Shown in pieces: positions 21,328-32,071 of a DNA stretch of 64,000 nt (positions are counted from its first letter, which is position 1; each line of letters opens with the position of its first letter). The DNA is from an uncultured Nitrososphaerales archaeon (lineage in GTDB: Archaea; Thermoproteota; Nitrososphaeria; Nitrososphaerales; Nitrososphaeraceae), in contig CAWJCY010000007.1 in NCBI GenBank assembly GCA_963841565.1, positions 64,001 to 128,000 of the forward strand, in the 5' to 3' direction. Both the position numbers and the translations under genes were made by a program. The notes beneath the pieces are model-generated. The model made no database searches and was not told the origin of the DNA. It saw only the letters and a list, made by a program, of their open reading frames with translations.

Positions 21328-23511
21328 TTGAAAGACTACAATACTGTAGCACTTATTATCTTGAGTCTATTCATTTCAGCCGCGTTTTGTAGTGCAGCTG
21401 ATTCTTATTCACAGCTCTACAATCCCCATGGGGTTAAGATCTTATCTCCTACCAAGGAACAAGAGGTCCCCATAAATATCCAAAATTTCACGGTTGAAGG
21501 AGTTTCTACGGACAATTCTACAAACAACTGTGATGTGTCACTTCTTCTTAATGGGATCACTCCATATGTCATAGTTTCTTCAAAGGGACAGAACGGACCA
21601 GATGATTTCTCAGCTTGGGAACAAATATTCAACTCCAATTTACATTTGAACATAGGAGAAAACAAGTTAACTGCCAAATTACTCTGTTCCGACGATAAGA
21701 GCAATCAAATAACCAAATATCATTCTGTAAACTTCACAGGAACAAATGAAACGTCTTCCACTCCTATAACTAAAGTATTGAATCCGCCCTCAACAAGAGG
21801 AGATATCTCTCCAACCAATATTACTGAAATCGTTGAAAGCGAATCGACCTCATCAGAGAATGAAACGTCTTCCACTCCTATATCTAAAGTATTGAATCCG
21901 CCCTCAACAAGAGGAGATATCTCTCCAACCAATATTACTGAAATCGTTGAAAGCGAATCGACCTCATCAGATCTTGACGATCAAACTGAATTTATGAGTA
22001 GGGATCAAGTGGTTAGGAATATAACTTCAGGCCCTGTAATAATCCCTCCAGCTGAGAGTCAAGAGTCTTCCATGTTTGATTCTTCTGTTAATGATTCCGT
22101 AATAATACCTAATGCAACCAGCTCAGCTTCTGCTTCGGATAATGGAACCTCACCGTCTATAGTAATCCCTCCAGCTGAGAGTCAAGAGTCTTCCATGTTT
22201 GATTCTTCTGTTAATGATTCCGTAATAATACCTAATGCAACCAGCTCAGCTTCTGCTTCGGATAATGGAACCTCACCGTCTATAGTAATCCCTCCAGCTG
22301 AGAGTCAAGAGTCTTCCATGTTTGATTCTTCTGTTAATGATTCCGTAATAATACCTAATGCAACCAGCTCAGCTTCTGCTTCGGATAATGGAACCTCACT
22401 AACTGTACTAATCCCTTCTAGTAAGAACGGGTCTTCAGCGACCCCTGTTGCACCTCTCAATAGTCAGTCTTACAGCCCGGCCGATCAAGCTTCAAAGGAA
22501 ATCTCCGAGCAACCAGAGTCCACGGATGAAGAAAAAGACGATATTCCTCTAATATTTCCTACTCCGTCACCTCGCGTTACATTCGATGATGATAGAGATG
22601 AGTCTGTTATGAATACTCCAGTTCAAAATTTGTCTCCTGTGGTTAAAGTTGAAAATAATAATACCAAAATTGAGGAGGGCTCACTTATAATGCTCAATGC
22701 AACGCAAAGTTATTCCAACGATGGCCAGATCTTATCGAATGTTTGGAAGCAACTGACAAGCCAACCGCTTGAGTACATCGACGGTCTCAATATGCCAATT
22801 CTGAAGTTTAGGGCCCCTTATGTTTCACAAGACACACCGCTTGAATTTGAAATTTCGGTTTCAGACGCACATGGTAGGAGTAGCAATGGAATAGTTCATG
22901 TTGTGGTTAGTGACGTTACAAGCCTTAGATTAAGTGCAAACACTTCATCTAATATACTTAATCAGACTGTGTCTGAACCACATATTGGGGGTGTGTCTTC
23001 AAATGTAAAAATCCCTGGCTCATCTGAATCTAACTTCACAGGATCTCCAAATGCTTCCAACTCCATACCTACTCAGTCTGAAAACCAAACGCAACAAACG
23101 GTTGTTACCAGCTCTCCATCGAAAGGAGATGATAATAGCACTTCTATAAGGACTATGGCTGGAGTTGATCAGATAGTAAACGAAGGTATGGAGGTTATTC
23201 TCAACGGAGATTCTACCTCTACGAATAGTAGTCAGTTGTCATATGAATGGAGACAGGTAGGTGGGGATGCCAAAGTATCTCTAGGACAGCAGAATGCAAA
23301 ACAAATTAGCTTCCTGGCACCAGCAGTAGAAAAGGATTCAAAATTAACCTTCAGATTTATCGCGTCCGCTGACGGAACCCAAGTTTCGTCGGATGAGGTG
23401 AACATCACCATAAATGATATCCCTCAGAATCTTGAGAAAAACGAATCAAGCGATTCTCAAGATGAGGTAATGAGTGAAAACGACGATAACGACGACGATG
23501 ATGACAACTAG
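21328..23511 (+). CDS. Secreted/surface Ser-Thr-rich protein with an N-terminal Ig-like domain, tandem repeats, two PKD-like domains and an acidic tail
   Basis: Signal peptide; LNATQSY..DG...WKQ and AGVDQIVNEG..VIL.G...Y.WRQ PKD-like motifs; many N-x-S/T sequons; ends DDNDDDDDN. Confidence 0.8.
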   Translation: MKDYNTVALIILSLFISAAFCSAADSYSQLYNPHGVKILSPTKEQEVPINIQNFTVEGVSTDNSTNNCDVSLLLNGITPYVIVSSKGQNGPDDFSAWEQIFNSNLHLNIGENKLTAKLLCSDDKSNQITKYHSVNFTGTNETSSTPITKVLNPPSTRGDISPTNITEIVESESTSSENETSSTPISKVLNPPSTRGDISPTNITEIVESESTSSDLDDQTEFMSRDQVVRNITSGPVIIPPAESQESSMFDSSVNDSVIIPNATSSASASDNGTSPSIVIPPAESQESSMFDSSVNDSVIIPNATSSASASDNGTSPSIVIPPAESQESSMFDSSVNDSVIIPNATSSASASDNGTSLTVLIPSSKNGSSATPVAPLNSQSYSPADQASKEISEQPESTDEEKDDIPLIFPTPSPRVTFDDDRDESVMNTPVQNLSPVVKVENNNTKIEEGSLIMLNATQSYSNDGQILSNVWKQLTSQPLEYIDGLNMPILKFRAPYVSQDTPLEFEISVSDAHGRSSNGIVHVVVSDVTSLRLSANTSSNILNQTVSEPHIGGVSSNVKIPGSSESNFTGSPNASNSIPTQSENQTQQTVVTSSPSKGDDNSTSIRTMAGVDQIVNEGMEVILNGDSTSTNSSQLSYEWRQVGGDAKVSLGQQNAKQISFLAPAVEKDSKLTFRFIASADGTQVSSDEVNITINDIPQNLEKNESSDSQDEVMSENDDNDDDDDN
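21745..21971 (+). repeat. Intragenic tandem repeat, 114-nt unit x2
   Basis: Units start at 21745 and 21859 and are almost identical (NETSSTPI[T/S]KVLNPPSTRGDISPTNITEIVESESTSS). Confidence 0.95.
22040..22399 (+). repeat. Intragenic tandem repeat, 123-nt unit x~2.9
   Basis: Units start at 22040, 22163 and 22286 and appear identical (IPPAESQESSMFDSSVNDSVIIPNATSSASASDNGTSPSIV). Confidence 0.95.
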
Positions 23512-23625
23512 TCCTATTTTAACAACACTTCTGATATTGCTGGAAGCCCAACCATGAAGTAATTTCATATTCGAGGTCTCAGGAGAACGGGACTTCGACT
23601 TTCTCTAATGTCAATGATTTCCGTA

Positions 23626-24186
23626 TTAAAGGCGAGTCTTCAAGTACCATTTTGAAAATTTCTCTATAGACTTGCGGCGATGAGAGAATACAGACTTTCT
23701 ATTCAACTGGCTTAACTCTCCGAACGTCTTAGTGGTGCTTTTTGGAACAAAAATGGGATCAAAGCCCCAACCACCATCAGTAGCTAATCTGCTTAGGATT
23801 CCTTTCGTCTTGCCAGTAAAGACTTTTAAGGTATAACCATCGTTGAATGCAATCACTGAGAGAAAGCACGCTTTTCGATCTCTTTTGTTTTCCATTAGTT
23901 TCAACAAACCTTGGTTGCCTAGGGTTTTGTAAACGAATGATGAATACTGTCCTGGGAAACCTTTCAATGAAGTTATGTAGAAGCCATCATCTTCAATGAT
24001 TACTGGCTTTTGGAGATATTCAAATGCGTTAGTCGATTTGGCCCTCGCTATTCGATGTACTGATTCGGATTGGATTTCCTGGAGTGACACTTTGACAAAG
24101 TGGGATACTATTCCATAGTGGTCCAGTATAGACTCAATTTCTTTGTACTTGTTGGAATTCGAACTTGCAAAATAAATTTCCTTCAT
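23626..24186 (-). CDS. rdgB: Non-canonical purine NTP pyrophosphatase (RdgB/HAM1)
   Basis: FASSNSNK, EDDG, GFPG.YS, GWGFDPIF, SHR. Confidence 0.93.
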   Translation of the reverse strand: MKEIYFASSNSNKYKEIESILDHYGIVSHFVKVSLQEIQSESVHRIARAKSTNAFEYLQKPVIIEDDGFYITSLKGFPGQYSSFVYKTLGNQGLLKLMENKRDRKACFLSVIAFNDGYTLKVFTGKTKGILSRLATDGGWGFDPIFVPKSTTKTFGELSQLNRKSVFSHRRKSIEKFSKWYLKTRL

Positions 24187-24277
24187 CTTCGTCTGTCCCA
24201 AATTGAGATACTATAGAAAATCAATTAGAGGTCATTATTATTCCAATACCAACAGTCGATGGTATGTTGGGTCAACG

Positions 24278-24931
24278 TTAGTAGGAATTCGCGATGCGTG
24301 AATATCTTCCCCTACTCTGTATTTCGTCGACCTTTCGCAATACCTTTTTCCCTTTTTCGGAGGCGCTAAATGACGAATATGCATCAGAGAAATTCGAGAA
24401 AGCTTGATCATAAATCTCATAGTGCACGCTATTTAGGACCTCCTTGAGCATCCGCACATCTGATGCCATGTCTTCCAGTCTTTGAGAAAAGAAAGACAAC
24501 CCAAAATCTATTATTGCGAGTTCAGGATAACTTTCCCGTGGGGGGCTTTCAACAATAAAATTAGAAGTAGTTACATCTCCGTGGATTATGTTCTTGGAAT
24601 GAAGTTTTGCAATGCATTCTCCTAATTTTAACGCCAGGCTAGAGGAAAAGACCGACTTCAAATTTACACCTTCGATGTACTCCATAATTATTTCATTCCG
24701 GTTTGTATCCAGGAAATATACGTACGGAGATCTAATCCCTGTCTCTTTGGCCTTCGAGAGCATCTCTGCCTCGCGAATTGTCCTTCTATGCCTCAGCTCC
24801 CTGTCTAGGGTAGGATGTCGATAAGATCTCTCAGTTCTCATTTTTGACAATGCTCGGTTACCGTACCAATCAATTAAAAAGAGGTCTGCCTCAGACCCTT
24901 TCTTGAGTAGGATCGGGAGTTTGTTCGACAA
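24278..24931 (-). CDS. bud32: KEOPS kinase Bud32
   Basis: KGSEA, K.R..RSYRHP.LD, HGDVTTSN, IDFGLS, RGRY. TTG 24931 chosen from TATA spacing; the ORF-track extension overlaps the neighbouring gene. Confidence 0.92.
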   Translation of the reverse strand: MSNKLPILLKKGSEADLFLIDWYGNRALSKMRTERSYRHPTLDRELRHRRTIREAEMLSKAKETGIRSPYVYFLDTNRNEIIMEYIEGVNLKSVFSSSLALKLGECIAKLHSKNIIHGDVTTSNFIVESPPRESYPELAIIDFGLSFFSQRLEDMASDVRMLKEVLNSVHYEIYDQAFSNFSDAYSSFSASEKGKKVLRKVDEIQSRGRYSRIANSY

Positions 24932-24964
24932 TAGTGATATAAATCTGAGCAATATCATAAAAGT

Positions 24965-25294
24965 GTGAGTGGGGCTGAACCAAGACCAGGAGAAAAACTG
25001 ATCATACAAGAAGACTGTGCAGAGGATAAATTGAAGAATGGAATATTGACATTGACAAACCAACGACTCATTTTCGAAAAGACAGAAGGTAGAATGACAA
25101 CGTTGAGCAAGAAGACCGAGGAGGTGCTGCTCGACATTCCACTGGAAAAGATTTTAGCATCAAAGTCAGAGGGGTTTATTATAGCAAAAGTCGTAGTCGA
25201 ATTAAGTGATCGGTCTTACAAATTCGGCGTCCTAAATACAGGACATTGGGCAAAGGAAATAATGACCCGAGTTAACGAAGCCAAACGTAGTTAA
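24965..25294 (+). CDS. Hypothetical PH/GRAM-like domain protein between kae1 and bud32
   Basis: GILTLTNQRLIFE..IPLEKI motif typical of PH-like folds; own TATAAA at ~24938. Confidence 0.7.
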   Translation: MSGAEPRPGEKLIIQEDCAEDKLKNGILTLTNQRLIFEKTEGRMTTLSKKTEEVLLDIPLEKILASKSEGFIIAKVVVELSDRSYKFGVLNTGHWAKEIMTRVNEAKRS

Positions 25295-25304
25295 TTGCTG
25301 ACGA

Positions 25305-26317
25305 TCATCTCCATGTTACATTCACAGAGTCTAAACGCCAAGCTTGATCGATAAAACCATTTTCTGGCGCTACACCAACTTTCGAATAAACATGATCAAT
25401 TAAGCTTGTTAACGCAATTTGGACGCCATTGTCTCCCGCATAACGGATTGGACAGATATGCAGTTTAGTACCGTGTCTTGCGCAAACATAATTTAACATG
25501 TCTGCTAGACGTCTATTAGCTGCTACTCCTCCAACTACTATTACTTCCTCTTTGTTCGTGAATGAAATAGCTCTCTCAGTGGCCTCGGCCAAAATTGCAA
25601 ATGCCGTTTCCTGTAGAGAGTAACATGTATTGCCGATGTCAAATCTCCCGTCTTTGGTACGTTTTATTGCTGCTGTAAGCAACCCACTGAAGGAAACATC
25701 ATTTCCTTTAATCGTGTATGGTATCCAAGAATACTCTTTTCTGGAATTTGTTGCTAACCTTTCAATCATCGATCCACAAGGGGATGAAAAACCTAATGAC
25801 CTGCCAAATTGATCAAGTAGTTGACCTATGGTGATGTCCAACGTTTCTCCGAATATTCTCCATCTTTTATTAAAATACAAGAGAATCATCGTGTGTCCGC
25901 CTGAAACCAGAACGACCAAAGGATCCCTAGCACCCGTCAGACAAGCCCCAAGTTCAATGTGAGCTAATCCATGATTGACAGGCACCAAGGGTTTTCTATA
26001 ATAAGTGGACAGCAGGCGAGCTGAGAACAGACTCCTATCCTAAGGCATGGTCCCAGCCCGGGACCTGCAGAATAACCTATTATATCTATTTGTTCCATCT
26101 TTAAACAAGAATGCGCAATTGCTTCTTTCAAGATTCTGCTGCACACATTCGCGTGATGTCTGGATGCCTCTCTTGGGTGTATCCCGGAACCTTCTGGAGG
26201 CCTGTAAGACGACCGTACATCTGACAATATCCTAAAAGATCCTTTCCTTTTCCCTTTCATTTCTGCAATGGCACAACCGAAAGTGTGAGCTGTACTTTCT
26301 ATTCCTAAAGCTAACAA
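25305..26317 (-). CDS. kae1: KEOPS t6A synthase Kae1 (two apparent single-base insertions, ~26025 and ~26031)
   Basis: LGIESTAHT, GPGLGPCL, VNHGLAHIE, VSGGHT, GGVAAN, DNG. The frame offset of 2 fits two extra bases. Confidence 0.93.
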
Positions 26318-26333
26318 AGAGAGTCTTTATCTC

Positions 26334-27536
26334 CTATCTTCTACTAGTCGCCGAAACAATTTTTATCACGTCTCTATCCTTTAACCTGTACTCTGCTCCT
26401 ACTCTCTGTTTAGATCTCACATCGATACCGTAAAGAAAGCCTTTGCCCAATTGTTCATGCACTTTTGCGGCAAGATCCTTAGCAGTAGAATCTTTTGATA
26501 ACAGATAAGCATCAGGAAGAACATTTCCCTTCTTATCCATTAATCTGTTCTCGTCCTCAACAGGGTAAACTACGATCATCCCAAGAAGTCCAAAGCACAC
26601 CCTATTCAAAATCTGCTGAACACCTGTTGAACCGTATTTGGTTAGAACTGCCTGAACTTTTATCAATGCTTTCTTTTGGTCTTCCCGAAGTAACGCTTTT
26701 GGGTTGATGTCAAATGAACTGTCTCCAGGGAGATACCGCAGCACCCCATTTTTTGATCCGAGCTTAAGCATGACTTCAGCCTCGGAAATGCAGGGGATCA
26801 CTTCGCTATCGAGGTTCTTAAGTCTCAGTAAGTTCGAGTCAGCTGTAATGAAATCTGCCTTGTTAGCAGCAACTATCATCGGTTTTGCCAATTTCCTTAA
26901 TGTTTGACAAAACAACAATAGATCAGCGGGAGACCAGGAAGATAACTTCTTATCACCAAGTCGTGTTTCATTCAACGAGATAATTATCTGACTTTCCTTA
27001 ACCGACAATCCTGAAAGCTGTCTCGATAATATTTTTGATACCTTATCTGGGGTTCCCTGCAAATCCCTTGAAGTCCTCTCCATGTTCTTTTTCAGATGTG
27101 CAACCAACCACATATCAAATTCCTCTAATACAAATTCTACATCCTGAATAGGATTTCCTGTGCCAGGGCTTACTGCGCGTCCTTCTGAATCAGTACTCCC
27201 AGCTACGTCTACGACATGCACCAGAGCATCGGCTTCTCTTGCACTATCTAAAAACTGGTTTCCAAGGCCTCTGCCATTGTGGGCGCCGGGAACAAGCCCG
27301 GCTATGTCTAGTATTCTGATAGGAATATACCTGCTACCGTCTATACACATCGAATGTAATGGATTATCCTGAACTTGGAATTCTCTGCATACGCACCTTG
27401 TCCTTAAGTATCCTATGCCAATATTCGGTTCTATCGTTGTAAAAGGAAAGTTAGCAGTTTGAACTCCTAAACTAGTGGCAGCATTAAAGAACGTAGACTT
27501 ACCGACATTTGATTTTCCAATAATCCCTATTAGCAA
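26334..27536 (-). CDS. ychF: Obg-family ATPase YchF with TGS domain
   Basis: GKSNVGKST, FPFTTIEPN, DIAGLVPGA, GLGNQFL, ANKAD. Confidence 0.93.
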   Translation of the reverse strand: MLIGIIGKSNVGKSTFFNAATSLGVQTANFPFTTIEPNIGIGYLRTRCVCREFQVQDNPLHSMCIDGSRYIPIRILDIAGLVPGAHNGRGLGNQFLDSAREADALVHVVDVAGSTDSEGRAVSPGTGNPIQDVEFVLEEFDMWLVAHLKKNMERTSRDLQGTPDKVSKILSRQLSGLSVKESQIIISLNETRLGDKKLSSWSPADLLLFCQTLRKLAKPMIVAANKADFITADSNLLRLKNLDSEVIPCISEAEVMLKLGSKNGVLRYLPGDSSFDINPKALLREDQKKALIKVQAVLTKYGSTGVQQILNRVCFGLLGMIVVYPVEDENRLMDKKGNVLPDAYLLSKDSTAKDLAAKVHEQLGKGFLYGIDVRSKQRVGAEYRLKDRDVIKIVSATSRR

Positions 27537-27663
27537 TTATGTCCAGATGTTATGATATTATTATATATAGACATACTTTACACACGAGAAAAATCACGCA
27601 AACTATGCTTTGACCTATTTATTCGTAGCTCTGGCACTAACCTTAAATAGGTACTTGGATTTT

Positions 27664-29064
27664 ATGAAGCATTTTAGGAGAGAACCTGATTTGGCAGGAA
27701 TTGTCGCAGTTTCAGACGCTGTACCTAGTAGGGCAAAAAATGTTGTTTACATTCTGGCCCACTGTATGCGAATGCTTCAGCACAGAGGCAAGGCCTATTG
27801 GAAAATAATGGTGGACAAGAATGTTGCCGAGGGTGATGGTCCATTGCCTTATGAAGAAAAGATTTTCAGAATAGTAAGCGAGCATAAACTCATCGGATAT
27901 GATGGGATTGGATTTCTGTCTAAGCGACGGCCGGAGTCGAGTGGCTTCAAACATAGTCAAATCGCCTTAGACGGATTCTTAGTCGATACCGAAAAACTGT
28001 ACCTACACCCACTAATAGGTGGGGCAAGAGATAGCGACCCACTGTATCAAATTTATTGCATTTTCAAGATACTTCTAACAAAAAATTGTGATCCGCCGAA
28101 GGCTACCGACTTTTTAGATAGACATTTAAGAGGAAATATGCTCGTACGGGTGGACGGCAATATCTATGCGTATCGAAATAGCACGGGGTTCAAGCCTCTA
28201 GTTTTAGGAAGTAACAAAAAAAAGACATTGCACGTGATTGCGTCAGAAAATTCCCTACGGATTTCGTTAATAGATCTCACATTCAGAGATGTGGGCCCAG
28301 GGGAATTATTAAAACTGGACAGAAAATCTGGCCCTGTCTCATTGACAACACAGCCATCACCCAATATGGTAGTGGACCCTTTTGAATTTATCAGAGAATC
28401 GAATGTAGCATCTATCGTAAACGGTAAGAGTATCTATGAAATAAGGAAAAATATCGGAAGGGAGCAGTCGAAGTTTCTTTCTGGGAGATTCCAGATCGAA
28501 TCTGCGTTCGCCGAACCCGACTACACGAGACCTATGGGCTTGGGCTTTAGCTTGGAATATCAAAAAAATCATAAGATTTTTGAAATGGGGGAGGGTGTCA
28601 TAAAAGATCGATATGATGATTCCGATCATATGATCGACTTTTCAGAAGAAGTAAGCAAGTACAAACTATTAACAACAAGTAAATCCCTGAAATTTGTTGT
28701 GGAGAATTTGGTCTCGGATAAGAGCATTGGAACAATCCAGGGTACCATTCAGACTGGTGCAACGGTCAAGGAAACAATTCATTATCTGAAGAAAGCGGGG
28801 GCAAAGCAGATCATTGTCCTTGTTAGCTATCCACCAACGATTGATGGTAGACAGGTTGGACTCTACACACAGCACCGAGATCTTGTCGCCAACAAGTATG
28901 TAGGAAAGGTATCATCGATCGATGAAATCAACTCACTAATAAGTCACGAAATAGGCGCTGATAAGGTCTATTATAATTCTCCTACCTCGTTAGCTAAGGC
29001 GATAGGAATTGCCGAAGTAAACTTATGGTTTCCGGAATGGATAAGATTCTTGGAGTATCAGTGA
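27664..29064 (+). CDS. Amidophosphoribosyltransferase (PurF)-like protein with degenerate catalytic motifs
   Basis: LQHRG, GFKPLVLG, ASEN, DPFEFI, YEIRKNIG, IGADKVYY follow the PurF layout, but there is no catalytic N-terminal Cys and no DDS PRPP loop. Confidence 0.75.
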   Translation: MKHFRREPDLAGIVAVSDAVPSRAKNVVYILAHCMRMLQHRGKAYWKIMVDKNVAEGDGPLPYEEKIFRIVSEHKLIGYDGIGFLSKRRPESSGFKHSQIALDGFLVDTEKLYLHPLIGGARDSDPLYQIYCIFKILLTKNCDPPKATDFLDRHLRGNMLVRVDGNIYAYRNSTGFKPLVLGSNKKKTLHVIASENSLRISLIDLTFRDVGPGELLKLDRKSGPVSLTTQPSPNMVVDPFEFIRESNVASIVNGKSIYEIRKNIGREQSKFLSGRFQIESAFAEPDYTRPMGLGFSLEYQKNHKIFEMGEGVIKDRYDDSDHMIDFSEEVSKYKLLTTSKSLKFVVENLVSDKSIGTIQGTIQTGATVKETIHYLKKAGAKQIIVLVSYPPTIDGRQVGLYTQHRDLVANKYVGKVSSIDEINSLISHEIGADKVYYNSPTSLAKAIGIAEVNLWFPEWIRFLEYQ

Positions 29065-29399
29065 TTGGTCTGGATATCAAGACTGATGTTGAAAGGCTTA
29101 GAATTTCGAACGCACCAATACACAAAGTAGTCCTATTCGAAGGCATTTCATTATCAGACAACAACGTATCCATTGAAAAAGTTGAACTCAGACAATATAT
29201 GGAAAGATTGGATAAGGAGAAGGGATTTTATTCACTAATAACAGTTTACCTTAAATCAAGCAAAGGGGAAATAGAACTAAAGTTCGATGAAGGGTTCAAA
29301 GGGAGAAATCCCCTGCCAGAGATTTGCTTAACTCTGATGAAATACATAGGTCTTGAGTCATTAATAAATCGACTTGTCATCGCGCTAAATGAAACGTAG
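29061..29399 (+). CDS. Hypothetical protein coupled to the purF-like gene
   Basis: GTG overlaps the upstream TGA (GTGA). Confidence 0.7.
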   Translation: MIGLDIKTDVERLRISNAPIHKVVLFEGISLSDNNVSIEKVELRQYMERLDKEKGFYSLITVYLKSSKGEIELKFDEGFKGRNPLPEICLTLMKYIGLESLINRLVIALNET

Positions 29400-29482
29400 G
29401 GAATTGAAGTTAGGCCCAATTCTAAATTCATTTGCAATATCATAGAGGATGTCTGACAGCCCAGCACGATCAATTGGTATTG

Positions 29483-29992
29483 TTACTTAAAATCCTCACG
29501 AACGGATTTTGCATAATTGCGAATATCTTTAACATTTCCTACTATTCCAGCAAGATCCTTAGTCCCATCTGTACTTCCGATGCTATGCAAAAGCTGCCTT
29601 ACTTCCGATACCATGGAACTAATTTCTGAAATCAAATCTTTTGATGCGCTAACCAATTCCTTGGTACCTCCCTCGCTGTTAAGATTATCTAGTGAAAGTC
29701 TGCACGCTCTTATAGTGCTCGAGATTTCATCCATTAGGCCTGAATTCTGAGAGTCGCTGCGCAGGCTATCTATTTTCGAAGAAATCCTTTCAATCGACTC
29801 CAAAGTCAGCCTGAAATTTTCAATATTTTTGACCATGGAAGGATCTTTAAAGGACTCGACTACCTCTTTAACTGTAGCTGTAATATCCTTCACCCTATTC
29901 AAAGATTCATGTACTTCGGGATTTTTGAGGTCTCGAATTATCTGTATCGCATTCGAAGAAGTCTCTCGAATGTCATTTAGCTTCCCGCCCAT
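29483..29992 (-). CDS. Hypothetical coiled-coil/helical protein
   Basis: 169-aa ORF with amphipathic heptad-like pattern; TTATTAA promoter-like box upstream. Confidence 0.7.
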   Translation of the reverse strand: MGGKLNDIRETSSNAIQIIRDLKNPEVHESLNRVKDITATVKEVVESFKDPSMVKNIENFRLTLESIERISSKIDSLRSDSQNSGLMDEISSTIRACRLSLDNLNSEGGTKELVSASKDLISEISSMVSEVRQLLHSIGSTDGTKDLAGIVGNVKDIRNYAKSVREDFK

Positions 29993-30350
29993 AATTGTAA
30001 TACATTCACTTAGTTAATAAAACTAAACTAGTACAAACTATTTATGGTGAAACGAGAATGGAATGAAATGTTCTATTGCAATTAGAAATCGCCACGGTTT
30101 GATTGCTCGGCTATGCAAAAAGTCACGCCCATCCGATATATCAATTCACGAACTAATTTGATAATAAGCCATTTTGAGAGGCCTGCAGGATTTTAGACAT
30201 TAGCCGTCAAGCGTTTATACCAGTACCATGATATCAAACCTTTATTCGTTAGAATCGGCAGAAGAAAACATTTACAATAATCTAAAAAAAAAGAATACCA
30301 TAATACTCAGTCGCGCCCCTTTTATTCCAGGTGATGGCGTACGCCAATTG

Positions 30351-30623
30351 ATGAAGCATAGGAATAGGTTAGAAATCATTGCACTAATTCTCCAGAACTC
30401 GTCGGATGAAAGTGGTGCATCTCAAAAAAAGATCATGTACAGGTCATTTTTGTCATATCATCATCTTAAAGACTATCTAACTCTTTTATTGGTAAATGGT
30501 CTGATCGAGTTTTTAGGTAATCAAAGAAAATACAGGATTACAGCCAAGGGTAAGAAATTTTTGCAGATATATAATGGGCTTAATGAAGTGGTAGAAATAA
30601 CAAATACGATAACTTCGAGATGA
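30351..30623 (+). CDS. Winged helix-turn-helix protein (DUF4364/ArnR1-like family common in Nitrososphaerales)
   Basis: MKHRNRLEIIALIL..KKIMYRSFLSY..LKDYL..L..NGLI...YRITAKG. Confidence 0.85.
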   Translation: MKHRNRLEIIALILQNSSDESGASQKKIMYRSFLSYHHLKDYLTLLLVNGLIEFLGNQRKYRITAKGKKFLQIYNGLNEVVEITNTITSR

Positions 30624-30678
30624 AATTCGAAGGCTCCTATTACTTTATGCCATCCCCAAGGCTTTGTTTTTCCCATAT

Positions 30679-32071
30679 TTACTCTCTTCTTCCAATCAGA
30701 TTTGAACGTGAGAAGACCCTTTCTACATCTTCAGCCTTCATTAAGCCTTCTTCTACTACTATGTCCTTCACATTTCTGTTTGTTTCCAATGCCTTCTTGT
30801 ATATTTCGGATGCCTTTACATAACCTATGTAAGGGTTTAGAACAGTCACGAGTACCGGGCTTCTATATACATACCTAGAAAGCTTATCTACATTCGCTTG
30901 AATGCCCTCGATTAAATTGGCTGTGAATACTGGTAGAAAATTCCTGAGCATATCCATAGAATCTAAAACCCATTTCAACATTCCTGGCAGCATAACATTC
31001 AACTCAAACTGACCTGCTTGCGACGCCATCGTTACCGCCAAATCATTTCCAATAACATTAAAGCAAATCATGTTAAGACACTCGGCCAAAGACGGGTTAA
31101 TCTTACCTGGCATAATTGAAGAACCTGCATGTACTGCAGGGATCACTATTTCAGCGAATCCCGCTGTAGGTCCAGACGCCATAAGCCTCAAATCATTCGC
31201 TAGCTTGATTAGTTCTACCGCGAGGTTTCTGATTGACGAAGAATAACATGTAACGTCAAATCGACTCTGGAGTGCAAAGTAAAGGTTTTCAGATGATATT
31301 ATGTTTAGCCGAGATATCCCCCTAAGATGGCGAATTGCTACTTCTCGGTATCCGGCCGGCGAATTCAGCTCCACTACCCACTGCCGTACCTCCTAAGGCA
31401 ACAGCATACAGGTTTTCTGATGCTTGCACTATTTTCTGCCTTGCAATTTCAATCGAAGAATAATATCCGCTAAATTCATCCCCTAGTGTGATGGGGAGTG
31501 CATCCATCAAGTGGGTTCTCCCAATTTTCATAATATCTTCAAATTCTACACTCTTGTTTTTCAGAGACTTGATTAACAGATCAATGGCCTGCAAGAAACT
31601 ATTTAGACCAAGTAATATCGACAGATGCATTGCTGTGGGGAATGTATCGTTACTTGATTGAGACATGTTCACATGATCGTTAGGGTTGATAATCTCATAC
31701 TTCCCTCTGTCCTCGCCAATTGTTTCTAGAGCAACATTTGCGATTACCTCGTTAACGTTCATGTTAAAAGCTGTTCCAGCACCTGAATTAATTGGCTCAA
31801 TGATGATCTGATCAAAGAACTCGCCTGAAAGTAATTTATCGCAAGCCTTTACGATTGCGTTGGAAATTTCCTCAGGAAGAACTCCCAGTTCGCGATTGGA
31901 CAAAGCCGCACACTTTTTGATCATAAAGTATGCTCTAATTAAATCCGGGTGTGATCTTTGCCCTGTAATATTATACTGATTGCTGGCTCTTACAGTAAAG
32001 GGGCCATAATATGCATCTAAGGGGACCTTGACCTCTCCTAGAGAGTCCTTGTCGATTCGAAAGCTAGACAT
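30679..32071 (-). CDS. Class II fumarate hydratase / aspartate ammonia-lyase (apparent +1 frameshift at ~31366)
   Basis: DSLG, NDHVNMSQSSND.FPT, KIGRTHLMDA, GGTAVG, GSSIMPGKINP. Confidence 0.92.

Noticed and set aside
21745-22399. Direct repeats as a possible CRISPR array
   Set aside because: Units are 114 and 123 nt, contiguous, in-frame, without spacers, and there are no cas genes.
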